A stretch of 64,000 nt of DNA, from the NCBI GenBank assembly GCA_022710715.1, contig JAKLGJ010000001.1:42041-106040 (forward strand), read 5' to 3'. This stretch comes from Candidatus Omnitrophota bacterium. Its GTDB lineage: Bacteria; Omnitrophota; Gorgyraeia; Gygaellales; Profunditerraquicolaceae. Within the stretch, counting starts at the first letter, position 1. Every line of letters starts with the position of its first letter. The notes below the pieces were generated by a model, which worked only from the letters and a program-made list of their open reading frames with translations, ran no database searches and was not told the DNA's origin. Made by a program: the position numbers and the translations under genes. Below, in pieces: positions 49,245-60,271 of the stretch.

Positions 49245-50715
49245 CCAGACCGTCCCTGAAACCGGCCAGGCGGCTTTCCAGATCCATGAAGCCGGCGTGA
49301 TTGTAACGGTCCGCGAGTGTATTGCCAGGGTAGAAGGTTTGCCGTCGGTTATCAACGGTCAGATCGTGGAATTCGAACAGGGCGGCCGCGGTATCGTGAT
49401 GGGATTCAATGAAAAGGACGTGCAGGTCCTGGTGATCAGTTCGAAAGGACCGCTGCATGTCGGTGAACGGGTATTGAGCACCGGCGAATTCCTGCGCCTG
49501 CCGGTGGGCGACGGTTTTCTGGGGCGTATCGTCAATGCCCTGTGCGAGCCGGTGGATCAGGACGGGCCGATCCAGTCGAGCGATATGTACCCGGTCTTCG
49601 CCGAGGCGCCCGGGGTTATGGACCGCGCGCCCGTACGCGAAACGCTTGAGACCGGCACGCTGGTGCTCGATGCGGTCATCCCTATCGCCAAAGGCCAGAG
49701 GCAGCTGTTGATCGGAGATCGCCTTACCGGCAAATCCACCGTGGCTCTGGACGCGATCATCAACCAGAAGGGCCACGACGTCATCTGCATTTACTGCTGT
49801 ATCGGCAAACCCAATTCCAGCCTGCTGAAAGTCCTGAATCTCTTTAATGAAAAAAACGTCATGCCCTATACCATCGTGGTCAGCGCGGTGGCTTCCTGTT
49901 CCATGGGCGAACAGTATATCGCGCCCTACACCGCCTGCACGCTGGGCGAATATTTCATGAAAAACGGCAAGGACGTTCTTTTGATACACGACGATCTGAC
50001 CAAGCACGCCTGGGTGTACCGCCAGATATCGCTTTTGATGGAACGCGCCCCGGGCCGCGAAGCCTATCCCGGAGACATTTTCTATACCCATTCCCAGTTG
50101 ATGGAACGCGCGGGCTACTTCAAACCCGAACTCGGCGGCGGATCCATGACCTTCCTGCCTATCGTGGAGATCCTGCAGGGCGACGTTACCGGGTATGTTT
50201 CTTCCAATCTCATCTCCATGACCGACGGCCAGATATATTTCTCCACCGCGTTGTTCAACAAAGGCGTGCGCCCGGCTATCGATTTCGGTTTGTCCGTGTC
50301 GCGTATCGGGAACAAAGCGCAGTGGCCGGCGATGAAGGCGCTTTCCGGGCAGATGCGTCTGGAATACATCCAGTACCAGGAATTGCTGCAGATGACCCAG
50401 TTGCGCACTACCGGCCTTTCCCGGGAAGCGGAAGACCGGATGAAGCGCGGCCAGGCGATCACCCAGCTGCTCGTCCAGGATAAGAACAAACCCTTATCCA
50501 TGGAAGCCGAAGTCATGTACCTGTTCGCGTTGAGCATGGGCGTTCTGGATACCCTGGCGCCGGCTGATATCAAGAAATTCAAAGACAATTTCGTCGGGCT
50601 GGTGTCGCGCGAATTCCCCGACCTGTTTACGGAGATCCGCACCAGCATGATCCTTAACGATACCAGCATCGAAATGCTCTATGAGGCGTTGAACCACTAT
50701 TTTGCCCAGGGATAA
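49234..50715 (+). CDS. atpA: F-type ATP synthase alpha subunit
   Basis: GDRLTGKSTVALDAIINQK (P-loop) ... LLIHDDLTKHAWVYRQISLLMERAPGREAYPGDIFYTHSQLMERAG. Confidence 0.85.
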   Translation: MPNNQTVPETGQAAFQIHEAGVIVTVRECIARVEGLPSVINGQIVEFEQGGRGIVMGFNEKDVQVLVISSKGPLHVGERVLSTGEFLRLPVGDGFLGRIVNALCEPVDQDGPIQSSDMYPVFAEAPGVMDRAPVRETLETGTLVLDAVIPIAKGQRQLLIGDRLTGKSTVALDAIINQKGHDVICIYCCIGKPNSSLLKVLNLFNEKNVMPYTIVVSAVASCSMGEQYIAPYTACTLGEYFMKNGKDVLLIHDDLTKHAWVYRQISLLMERAPGREAYPGDIFYTHSQLMERAGYFKPELGGGSMTFLPIVEILQGDVTGYVSSNLISMTDGQIYFSTALFNKGVRPAIDFGLSVSRIGNKAQWPAMKALSGQMRLEYIQYQELLQMTQLRTTGLSREAEDRMKRGQAITQLLVQDKNKPLSMEAEVMYLFALSMGVLDTLAPADIKKFKDNFVGLVSREFPDLFTEIRTSMILNDTSIEMLYEALNHYFAQG

Positions 50716-51566
50716 ATGAGACTGCTTTCGGCGATCAAAAAGGATATGGATTTCAATCTCAACCTCTATAATCTCATCGAGGTGCTCAAAGAGATCGCCA
50801 TTGCCCAGTATAAGATCCTGGAAAAGAAGCTCAAGACTTTTGACGAAGTGTTCAACCATCTGGGGACCATTTTCGACCTGTTGCAGGTGGGAAATACCGG
50901 GCATCCGTTGCTGAATCCCGCCGGCCGCCAGGCGGGCGTTATCGCGCTTACTTCCGACGCCGGGCTTCTGGGTGGTTTGAACATGAGCGTGATGAGCCAG
51001 GCGATCAAGGAAGCGGACAAGGTCAAGGGCCGCTTGATCATTGTCGGCGAGAAAGGGCAGATGTACGCTCAAGAAACGGATCTGCCGTTCATCGTTTTTA
51101 AAGGCGTCAAAGACGAGACGCGGTTCGAGCAGGCGCAGCAGTTGCGCGATTACGTGCTGGCCGAGGAATTAAGCGGTAAATTAGGCCAGCTCAAGATCGT
51201 CTATCCGGTGGCGCTGTCTATCGTTTCGCAGCAGGTCAAGACGCTGCAGTTGTTCCCTTTTTCCACCGCGGAACATTTGCAGCGCAGGCCGGCGCCCGCG
51301 ATCGCCGCCAACGGCGTGATCCTGGAATCGGCGGTCGGCGATATCCTGGAATACTGGATACATCTGTTCCTGGCGCAGAAATTCTATCAGATCTTCGGGC
51401 TTTCCCGGCTGGCGGAGTTATCGGCCCGGTACAATCACCTGGAGACCAGCAAGGGCAAGATCGATAACCTGAACAAAGAGTTGAAGCTGCAGTATTTCCG
51501 GCAGCGCCATGAAATGATCGATAAGAATATCCGCGAGCTTTTCTGCGCGCGGCTGGCGTTTAAATA

Positions 51567-51567
<1 letters not shown>
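50716..51567 (+). CDS. atpG: F-type ATP synthase gamma subunit
   Basis: VIALTSDAGLLGGLN (ITSDRGLCGGxN motif) and a C-terminal helix. Confidence 0.8.
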
Positions 51568-53022
<1,455 letters not shown>

Positions 53023-53078
53023 TAGTGGAAGCACCTATTACTGCGGCCGCAGACGCATACAACGGGAGGAAGAGGAGC

Positions 53079-53603
53079 ATGGCCGATAATCCGGAGGGCT
53101 CAATGGAAAAAGGCTCGAAACGCATAGGAGAAATCCTCATCGAGAAAGGGTTTATTACCGAAGCCCAGCTTAATGACGCGCTCCTGGACCAGAAAGTCAC
53201 CGATAAATTCCTGGGGATGATACTCAAAGAAAAGGGAGTGATCACCGACAAAGAGCTTATGCAGGCGCTGGCCGAACAGTTCGGCATCCAGCTGGTCGAT
53301 ATCAAGACGTATTATATCGATATGGAACTGGCCAGCAAGTTCACCACTTCGTTGATCATGGATCATAAATGCTTTCCGCTCAAAGAGGACGAGTATACCC
53401 TGACCATGGCTATCGTTAATCCCCTGAACGCGGTGGCCATCGCCAAGATCGAAGAGGAAGCCAGCCCGCGCCAGGTGGAGCTGGTCCTGGTCCTGGAATC
53501 GGATCTGCAGGAAATCCTGCAGCAGTATAAGCAGTACAGCGGCCAGCGTATCCAGCGGCTCTTAAAACGCAACAAGCCTGCAGAGGGGGGCCCGACTGCA
53601 TGA
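53079..53603 (+). CDS. Standalone T2SS/T4P GspE N-terminal (T2SSE_N) domain protein
   Basis: IGEILIEKGFITEAQLNDALLDQ...LGMILKEKGVITDKELMQALAEQFG, the T2SSE_N fold, with no ATPase domain. ATG at 53079 behind GGGAGGAAGAGGAG; the ORF-track start 53025 is less likely. Confidence 0.6.
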   Translation: MADNPEGSMEKGSKRIGEILIEKGFITEAQLNDALLDQKVTDKFLGMILKEKGVITDKELMQALAEQFGIQLVDIKTYYIDMELASKFTTSLIMDHKCFPLKEDEYTLTMAIVNPLNAVAIAKIEEEASPRQVELVLVLESDLQEILQQYKQYSGQRIQRLLKRNKPAEGGPTA

Positions 53604-55759
53604 ACAAAATCGACTCGGTTATTTTCCAGAGTCTGGCGGGTTCGAATCTTGTCCCGCGCGATTCTCTCGATCGCTATGTCAAAGAATCCGAGCAGACCGG
53701 ACAGACCCTGGTGTCGCTGCTGCTGCAGCATGCGTTGCTGACCGAACACGAATTCCTGGATATCCTTTCCGAAAAACTCAAGATTCCCCGCCTGGATCTG
53801 AAACATATACCGATCGATAAGAGCCTTATCGATAAAATCCCCTCCAAGATCGCGCATTATTACAAATTCTTCCCGGTCAAGGTTATCGACCGGACGCTGA
53901 CTCTCGCGGTCTCCCAGCCGCTGGATATCAAAACGCAGGATGAAATCCGCACCCAGCTGGGATTCGACGTGGAAATGGTGCTTTCCGCCAGCGCGGATAT
54001 TTCCGAACAGCAGCGTAAACATTACGGTTTTGCCGCCGATACCCTGGGCAAGATGAATTCTGCCACCGGGCAGGAACAGCAGTCGTCCGACCAGGACGCC
54101 GCCGGCCCGGAGAAAGTGGAAGATATCGAGAAGCTGGCGGAGGATGCTTCGGTCATCCAACTGGTCAACCAGCTCATTCTGGAGGCGTTCCGCAAGAGGG
54201 CTACCGATATCCACATCGAGCCGTATCGCGATGCCGTGAGCATGCGCTATCGCATCGACGGTATCCTCTATGACGCCAATGTCCCCGTGGATATCAGGAA
54301 CTACATTTCTGCGATCATCTCCCGCATCAAGATCATGTCGAATCTCAACATCGTCGAGCGGCGTCTACCCCAGGACGGACGCGCGGTGGTCAAGGTGGGA
54401 GAGCAGGTGCTGGATCTGCGCATTTCGACCATTCCCACTCCGTTCGGCGAGAGCGTGGTTATCCGTATCCTGCCGACAAAGATGCTTTTCAATCTGGAGA
54501 AACTGGGATTGAGCCAGCGCGATCTGTTGCTTTTCGAAGAGATGCTTTCCAAACCGCACGGGATCATTTTCGTTACCGGCCCGACGGGCAGCGGCAAGAC
54601 CACGACATTGTATGCCTGTTTAAGCAAGCTCAATACCAAGGACCGCAAGATCATCACCATCGAAGATCCCATTGAATACGAGATGTCCGGGATTACCCAG
54701 ATACAGGTGATGCCGGAGATCGGCCTTGATTTTTCCCGCGGTTTGCGCAGTATCCTGCGCCATGACCCGGACGTGATCATGGTCGGCGAGGTGCGCGACC
54801 TGGAGACCGCGGAAATCGCTATTCGCGTGGCATTGACCGGGCATCTGGTTTTTTCCACGCTGCATACCAACGATGCCGCCAGCGGCATTACCAGGCTGGT
54901 GGATATCGGTCTGGAACCCTATCTGGTATCTTCGAGCGTGGAATCGTTCATCGCGCAGCGGTTGATCCGTTTGATCTGTCCGGCCTGCAAGCAGGAAGAC
55001 AAGGAGTGTCCCAGGGAATTGAAAGAATTGATCGCCCGCGAATCGGGATTGAGTTCTTCCGCGGGGGTGCGGACATTCCGCGGCACCGGATGTCCCAACT
55101 GCAACGGGACCGGATTCCTGGGGAGAACCGCGATTTACGAGATCCTGATGGTTAATCAGACGATCAAAGATATGATCGTGAAAAAGTGTCCTTCCAACGT
55201 GATAAAGAATTCCGCGGTTTCGAGCGGCATGCGTACGCTGCGCCAGGACGGCTGGCAGAAGGTTCTGGCGGGATTGACTACGCCTGAAGAAGTAATGAAG
55301 GTCAGCCCGCTTGAAGAACAGGTCAATCCGGCAGCATCCGATCAGATGTACGTCCCGCAGATGGTCGCTGCCGGCACTCCGGCGGCAGAGGGGGAGGCGA
55401 ACAAGCGGATTTACAAGCGTCTGCAGAGCCGGGTCAATGTGCGTTATGTCATTTTCAAGACGCCGGATGATTTTACCCGGCGCGGTTTGAACGCCGAGAC
55501 ATTGAGCGCAACCAAGAATATCGGCGCCGGCGGGCTTCTGTTCATGGCCAAAGAACGGTTGACTGTAGGCGACATCCTGGAGATGAAGATCGAACTGCCT
55601 AACGGGCAGGGGCCGGTGGATTGTCTTTCGCGGGTCGTCCGGGTAGAGGAGATGGAGGGGCAGGATGTGTACGACATCGCCGTCTGTTTCCTGGATCTGA
55701 CCGGAGGTCAGCGCAACCGGCTTGAACATTACGTGGAAGCGCGCAGCGAGCAAGGATAA
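53600..55759 (+). CDS. gspE: Type II secretion / type IV pilus assembly ATPase (GspE/PilB family) with C-terminal PilZ domain
   Basis: N-terminal T2SSE_N domain; GPTGSGKTTTL (Walker A); FSTLHTND; the tetracysteine CPAC...CPNC; then an extra about 160 aa with RLQSRVNVR (RxxxR) and NIGAGG (a D/NxSxGG-like PilZ signature). Confidence 0.8.
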   Translation: MNKIDSVIFQSLAGSNLVPRDSLDRYVKESEQTGQTLVSLLLQHALLTEHEFLDILSEKLKIPRLDLKHIPIDKSLIDKIPSKIAHYYKFFPVKVIDRTLTLAVSQPLDIKTQDEIRTQLGFDVEMVLSASADISEQQRKHYGFAADTLGKMNSATGQEQQSSDQDAAGPEKVEDIEKLAEDASVIQLVNQLILEAFRKRATDIHIEPYRDAVSMRYRIDGILYDANVPVDIRNYISAIISRIKIMSNLNIVERRLPQDGRAVVKVGEQVLDLRISTIPTPFGESVVIRILPTKMLFNLEKLGLSQRDLLLFEEMLSKPHGIIFVTGPTGSGKTTTLYACLSKLNTKDRKIITIEDPIEYEMSGITQIQVMPEIGLDFSRGLRSILRHDPDVIMVGEVRDLETAEIAIRVALTGHLVFSTLHTNDAASGITRLVDIGLEPYLVSSSVESFIAQRLIRLICPACKQEDKECPRELKELIARESGLSSSAGVRTFRGTGCPNCNGTGFLGRTAIYEILMVNQTIKDMIVKKCPSNVIKNSAVSSGMRTLRQDGWQKVLAGLTTPEEVMKVSPLEEQVNPAASDQMYVPQMVAAGTPAAEGEANKRIYKRLQSRVNVRYVIFKTPDDFTRRGLNAETLSATKNIGAGGLLFMAKERLTVGDILEMKIELPNGQGPVDCLSRVVRVEEMEGQDVYDIAVCFLDLTGGQRNRLEHYVEARSEQG

Positions 55760-55764
55760 CCCGT

Positions 55765-56988
55765 ATGCTATACCGATTTAAAGCCAAGAAGGGGCCGGGC
55801 AGTATCGTCGAATCCGAGCTGGAGGCTTTGTCCGAGCGCGAAGCGATCGATCGTATCAGCGCGATGGGGTATGTGCCCATCCATATAGAACTTGCCGAGC
55901 AGCCCGGCCAGGCGGCATCGGGTTCGGTGCAGGCGGCCAAGACTACCTTGGTGCGCGTCGGTTCGCGCGATCTGACGTTATTCACCCGTCAGCTCGCCAG
56001 TCTTTTGAAATCCGGGGTGCCTATCCTGCGGGCTTTGAGCATTATCGCCGAGCAGACCGGCAGCCTGCAGTTGCGCAGTATTCTCTACACCGTGCATCGG
56101 GCGGTCAAGGAAGGCGCTCCTTTTTCTTCGGTGCTCGCCCGGTATCCCGGAGTATTTTCCTCGTTGTACATCGCGATGATCCGCACCGGGGAAGACAGCG
56201 GCGCATTGCCGGAGGTGCTTTTCCGGATCGCCGAATACCGGACTAAACAGGAAGAGGCGATCAGGCGCTTCCGCATGGGGATGGTCTATCCGCTCCTGAT
56301 GGTTCTGGTCGGTATCGGTACCGTGGTCTTCATGCTGACCTATGTCATGCCCCGGCTGATGGGCGTGTATACCACGCTGGGCCGGCAATTACCCCTGCCT
56401 ACCCAGATCCTGATCGGCATAAGCGCTTTTTTACGCCAGTGGGGAGGATGGATCGTCGGGGTGCTGATAGTCGGGGCCGCGCTGGCAAAACAGCAGTCCC
56501 AGACCAAGCCCGGCAAGACGGCGATGAGCGCGTTCATTCTGCATCTTCCGGTGTTCGGCGCGCTGGTCCAGAAGGCCGAACTGGCGCGGTTCTCGCGCAC
56601 CCTGGAATTGCTCCTGCACAGCGGGCTGCCGATCCTCAAAGCAATCACCATTACCATCCCCGTGCTGGAAAATGAGATCATCAAGTCTCAATTGACCAGC
56701 AGTTATAAATCCCTGGAACAGGGCGGGTCTTTTTCCGCAAGTTTGAAAAATTCCCGCGTTATCCCGCCATTTATGAGCAATCTGATCAACGTGGGTGAGG
56801 AATCCGGAAAGATCGACGATTCGCTCAAGGAAGTAGCCGATGCCTATGAACGCGACACCGATGAAGCTCTGCAAATGCTTAACAGCCTGCTTGAACCGGT
56901 AATGATTATCGGTATGGGTGTGATCGTCGGGTTCATTGTCATGGCGATGCTTCTGCCGATTTTCGAGATGAATCTGATGGTTCAGTGA
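55765..56988 (+). CDS. gspF: GspF/PilC-family inner-membrane platform protein
   Basis: Two T2SSF repeats (LTLFTRQLASLLKSGVPILRAL... and ...LLHSGLPILKAIT) with 3 TM segments. Confidence 0.85.
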   Translation: MLYRFKAKKGPGSIVESELEALSEREAIDRISAMGYVPIHIELAEQPGQAASGSVQAAKTTLVRVGSRDLTLFTRQLASLLKSGVPILRALSIIAEQTGSLQLRSILYTVHRAVKEGAPFSSVLARYPGVFSSLYIAMIRTGEDSGALPEVLFRIAEYRTKQEEAIRRFRMGMVYPLLMVLVGIGTVVFMLTYVMPRLMGVYTTLGRQLPLPTQILIGISAFLRQWGGWIVGVLIVGAALAKQQSQTKPGKTAMSAFILHLPVFGALVQKAELARFSRTLELLLHSGLPILKAITITIPVLENEIIKSQLTSSYKSLEQGGSFSASLKNSRVIPPFMSNLINVGEESGKIDDSLKEVADAYERDTDEALQMLNSLLEPVMIIGMGVIVGFIVMAMLLPIFEMNLMVQ

Positions 56989-57001
56989 GGGAGTGCGGTA
57001 G

Positions 57002-57865
57002 ATGCGGATCTTGAATCGGATAGCGATGCTGACGATATGTCTGGCGGCAGGCGTTTCTTTGTGCCGTGCCGAAGACTGGCAGGAAATCAAGGGAGAGCAT
57101 TTTATCGTTCGCTATCTTAAAGCAGACGCGTCCAACGCCGAAGGATTCGCTCAAGATGTGGCCGGCAAAGCCGAGACGTATTACCGGCGGATCGCCGAGG
57201 ATCTGGGGTATCCGCGTTATTCCGAATTCTGGACCTGGGATAACCGGGTGAAGATCTATCTGTATCCCGACCAGGCCAGTTATGTCAGATCCGGCAATCA
57301 TCCGCAGTGGTCTGCGGGTATGGCGGATTACGAGAAAAAACAGATTATCAGTTTTTCGGGGAGCACGCGTTTTAGCGAACATGTCCTTCCTCACGAGATC
57401 GCGCATTTGATTTTTCGCGATTTTGTCGGGTTTACCGGCGAGATCCCGCTCTGGCTCGATGAGGGGGTGGCGCAGTGGGAGGAAGAGTCGCTGCGGCCGG
57501 ATATCAAACGGGTAAGCAAGTTGATGTTCGAGAAGGATTCCCTGTTGACGCTGGACGATATGATGACGCTGGATGTGCGCACGATCAATCCGGGCAGCGT
57601 GTATCAGCGGCCGACGGTGACCCGCAGCGGGCAGAAAGCGGTGATCGTTCTGTCCGGTGACGCGCTGGTGAACCATTTTTACGTTGAAGCGTCTTCGCTG
57701 GTGGGGTTTTTTATCGAGCGTTTCGGTTCTCTCGAATTTGCCAAGTTCTGCCGGCAGCTGCGCGACGGCAATAGTTTCGAACAGGCGGTGCAGGCGGTGT
57801 ATTCCGGGCTGCGCAGTCTGGCGGATGTGGAAAAAGAATGGAAGCGTTATCTTGAAGCAGGTTAA
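57002..57865 (+). CDS. Secreted HExxH protein (Peptidase_MA-like putative zinc metallopeptidase)
   Basis: Signal peptide MRILNRIAMLTICLAAGVSLCRA; HEIAHLIF (HExxH) and a downstream LWLDEGVAQWEE (third Zn-ligand Glu region). Confidence 0.45.
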   Translation: MRILNRIAMLTICLAAGVSLCRAEDWQEIKGEHFIVRYLKADASNAEGFAQDVAGKAETYYRRIAEDLGYPRYSEFWTWDNRVKIYLYPDQASYVRSGNHPQWSAGMADYEKKQIISFSGSTRFSEHVLPHEIAHLIFRDFVGFTGEIPLWLDEGVAQWEEESLRPDIKRVSKLMFEKDSLLTLDDMMTLDVRTINPGSVYQRPTVTRSGQKAVIVLSGDALVNHFYVEASSLVGFFIERFGSLEFAKFCRQLRDGNSFEQAVQAVYSGLRSLADVEKEWKRYLEAG

Positions 57866-57883
57866 CCGTGGACGGAGGGGACG

Positions 57884-58288
57884 ATGAGAAAAGCATTTAC
57901 TCTGATTGAATTGATGCTGGTGGTGGTGATTATCGGCGCGCTGGTGGCAATGGTGATGCCGCGATTGACCGGCAGGGGAGAGCAGGCCCGCGGCACTGCG
58001 GCTAAGGCCGATATCGACGCGAATATCGCCACAGCGCTGAAACTCTATGAGCTCGATAACGGGGAATTTCCTTCGACCAGCGAAGGGTTGAGCGCTCTGG
58101 TGACGAAATCTTCCAGCGCCAATAACTGGAAGGGGCCGTATCTGGAAAAGGGCAAAGTCCCCCTTGATCCCTGGGGCAGGGAATACAAATACAAATCTCC
58201 CGGCGATCATCGCACGCAGGATTACGATCTGTATTCCCTGGGCAAAGACGGAGTGGAAAGCGCGGATGATATCAAGAACTGGGAATAA
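57884..58288 (+). CDS. gspG: Major pseudopilin GspG
   Basis: MRKAFTLIELMLVVVIIGAL prepilin cleavage/methylation motif; the GspG-typical body ...LYELDNGEFPS...PWGREYKY. Confidence 0.85.
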   Translation: MRKAFTLIELMLVVVIIGALVAMVMPRLTGRGEQARGTAAKADIDANIATALKLYELDNGEFPSTSEGLSALVTKSSSANNWKGPYLEKGKVPLDPWGREYKYKSPGDHRTQDYDLYSLGKDGVESADDIKNWE

Positions 58289-58691
58289 GAAAGGTTTTAC
58301 CCTCGTCGAGATCATGGTCGCCACGGCGGTTCTGTCTCTGGGGATAGTCGCCATCTATCAGGCGTTGTTCATTACCCTGGACGCGTTTAATTATTGCGCG
58401 AATTATCTCGAAGTGGTTTCTCAAGTCAACGAGCGGATCTGGCAAACGCAGGAAGAATTGCGGCGGTTCGGCCCCGAGGCGAAAATAACCACCGCCGGGA
58501 CGTTTCCGCTGGAAGCGAAACGGCTGGACTGGGAGCTGTCTTATGTGATCGTGGACATTGCCAGCGACCTGTATAAGATCGACCTGACCACCAGCTGGAA
58601 ATCGGGACGGAGGATCGCGCAGATTACCCGCACCGCCTACGCATTATCCAAGAATGAAGAATCCGAAGGATCGGAAGGGACCGATGAGTAG
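58266..58691 (+). CDS. Minor pseudopilin (GspI/GspH-like)
   Basis: Leader MISRTGNKKG followed by FTLVEIMVATAV; 141 aa. Overlaps the gspG 3' end by 23 nt. Confidence 0.6.
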   Translation: MISRTGNKKGFTLVEIMVATAVLSLGIVAIYQALFITLDAFNYCANYLEVVSQVNERIWQTQEELRRFGPEAKITTAGTFPLEAKRLDWELSYVIVDIASDLYKIDLTTSWKSGRRIAQITRTAYALSKNEESEGSEGTDE

Positions 58692-59277
58692 ATCCCGGGC
58701 CGGTTTTACCCTCATTGAGCTGCTGGTGGTGACGGTGATGCTGGGGATCATCTCCCTGGCTCTGTATTCCACGTTTTCCGCGGGCGCCACGATCTGGAAA
58801 CGCACGCAGGCTCTGGTCATCGAAGAAGATGTCAATCTCTTCCTCGAGCATTTTGCCCAGGATGTGAGCACCACCTTTTTATTCACCGGTATCGATTTTA
58901 TCGGCAAAAAGGACCGTCTGGAGTTTCCCATCCTGCTGCAGAGCCGCGATCTGCAGAAACGGACCGTAGGCAAAGTCGTCTATGTGTTCAATCCCGAGGC
59001 GATGACGGTCGGCCGGGCGCAACTCGATTATTCCGCGCTCTTCCGGACGGAGGAGCCGGTGTTCGCCCGCGCCCTGCCGCGGGTGATCCAGTGCGTTTTT
59101 TCCTTTTATATGATCGATCCCCAGACCAAAGAAACCTACTGGGCGGATGATTTTTCCGCAGAGAAAGGGATGTCCCTGCCCCTGGCAATACGCATAGAGC
59201 TGGAAGTGCATCACGGGGAGTCGGTCCAGCGGTTCGTCAGGACCGTTTCCATACCGGTGAGTCAGACTGATGACTAA
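58684..59277 (+). CDS. Minor pseudopilin (GspJ-like)
   Basis: MSRSRAGFTLIELLVVTVMLGI prepilin motif; about 197 aa. 8-nt overlap with the upstream gene. Confidence 0.6.
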   Translation: MSRSRAGFTLIELLVVTVMLGIISLALYSTFSAGATIWKRTQALVIEEDVNLFLEHFAQDVSTTFLFTGIDFIGKKDRLEFPILLQSRDLQKRTVGKVVYVFNPEAMTVGRAQLDYSALFRTEEPVFARALPRVIQCVFSFYMIDPQTKETYWADDFSAEKGMSLPLAIRIELEVHHGESVQRFVRTVSIPVSQTDD

Positions 59278-60268
59278 AAAAGCAAGTATCCTTTTGATCG
59301 CGTTGTGGACGCTGGCGACATTATCGGCGTTCGCGGTGATTTTGAGCAACCAGGTCAGGCAGAAGCTGGAACTGGTCCGCAGCCTGGAGGCGCGCAATAA
59401 ACTTCACTATATCGCGGAAGCCGGCGTTCTGCAGGCCAAGGCGGAGATCGTCAAGCTCAAAGACAAGCCGGCGCTTGCGCTGAAAGACGAGTGGAGCGTG
59501 AATGATATGCTCTTCAAGAACCGTGCGGTGGGTGAGGGTATTGTCAGCATTGTTTACGAGACCGTCGATGAGCAGGCGCAGCGGGTCGAACGGTACGGGT
59601 TGATCGATGAAGAACGCAAGATCAATATCAATAAAGCTTCACGCGAAGTGCTGGAGCGGTTGTTCCGGGCGGCACTCGGCGCGGACGACACGGAAGCGCA
59701 GAACCTGGCAGCCGCGATCATCGACTGGCGCGATAGCGACAGCGAGCTGACCGTTCCCCTGGGCAGCGCGGAGGATCCGTATTACCGGACCAGTTCCAGT
59801 TCGTATGAAGCCAAAGATGCCCCGTTCGAGATTGTAGAAGAATTGCTTCTGGTCAAGGGTTTTTCACAAAACATCTTTGATAAACTCAAAGATTATATTA
59901 CAATTTATGGTAGCGGCAAGGTGAATCTCAATACCGCTTCCCGGCCGGTGTTACTGGCAGTGGGACTGGATACCACGCTTACGGATCAGCTTGAACAGAT
60001 ACGCGGGGGTAAAGACGGTATTGAAGCCACGGCAGACGATTTTGTTTTTGAGAATGCCGCGGACCTGTCCAGTCAGATGAGTCAGGTATTTTCTTTGTCT
60101 CCCGCGCAGCTTACGTTGCTCAATAACGTAGCCGCGCAATCCCTGGTGGCTGTTTCCAAGCATTTCCGCGTTCACAGTGTCGCCCGTTTGCATAAAGGCC
60201 GGGGCAGCCGCGAGATTTCCTGTATAATCAACGTTAAAGGCGAAATACTGTCTTATCAGGAACTGTAA
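59270..60268 (+). CDS. gspK: GspK-like minor pseudopilin
   Basis: N-terminal TM; the ININKASREVLERL helix-hairpin-helix motif characteristic of GspK; about 330 aa. Confidence 0.65.
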   Translation: MTKKASILLIALWTLATLSAFAVILSNQVRQKLELVRSLEARNKLHYIAEAGVLQAKAEIVKLKDKPALALKDEWSVNDMLFKNRAVGEGIVSIVYETVDEQAQRVERYGLIDEERKININKASREVLERLFRAALGADDTEAQNLAAAIIDWRDSDSELTVPLGSAEDPYYRTSSSSYEAKDAPFEIVEELLLVKGFSQNIFDKLKDYITIYGSGKVNLNTASRPVLLAVGLDTTLTDQLEQIRGGKDGIEATADDFVFENAADLSSQMSQVFSLSPAQLTLLNNVAAQSLVAVSKHFRVHSVARLHKGRGSREISCIINVKGEILSYQEL

Positions 60269-60271
60269 ACT

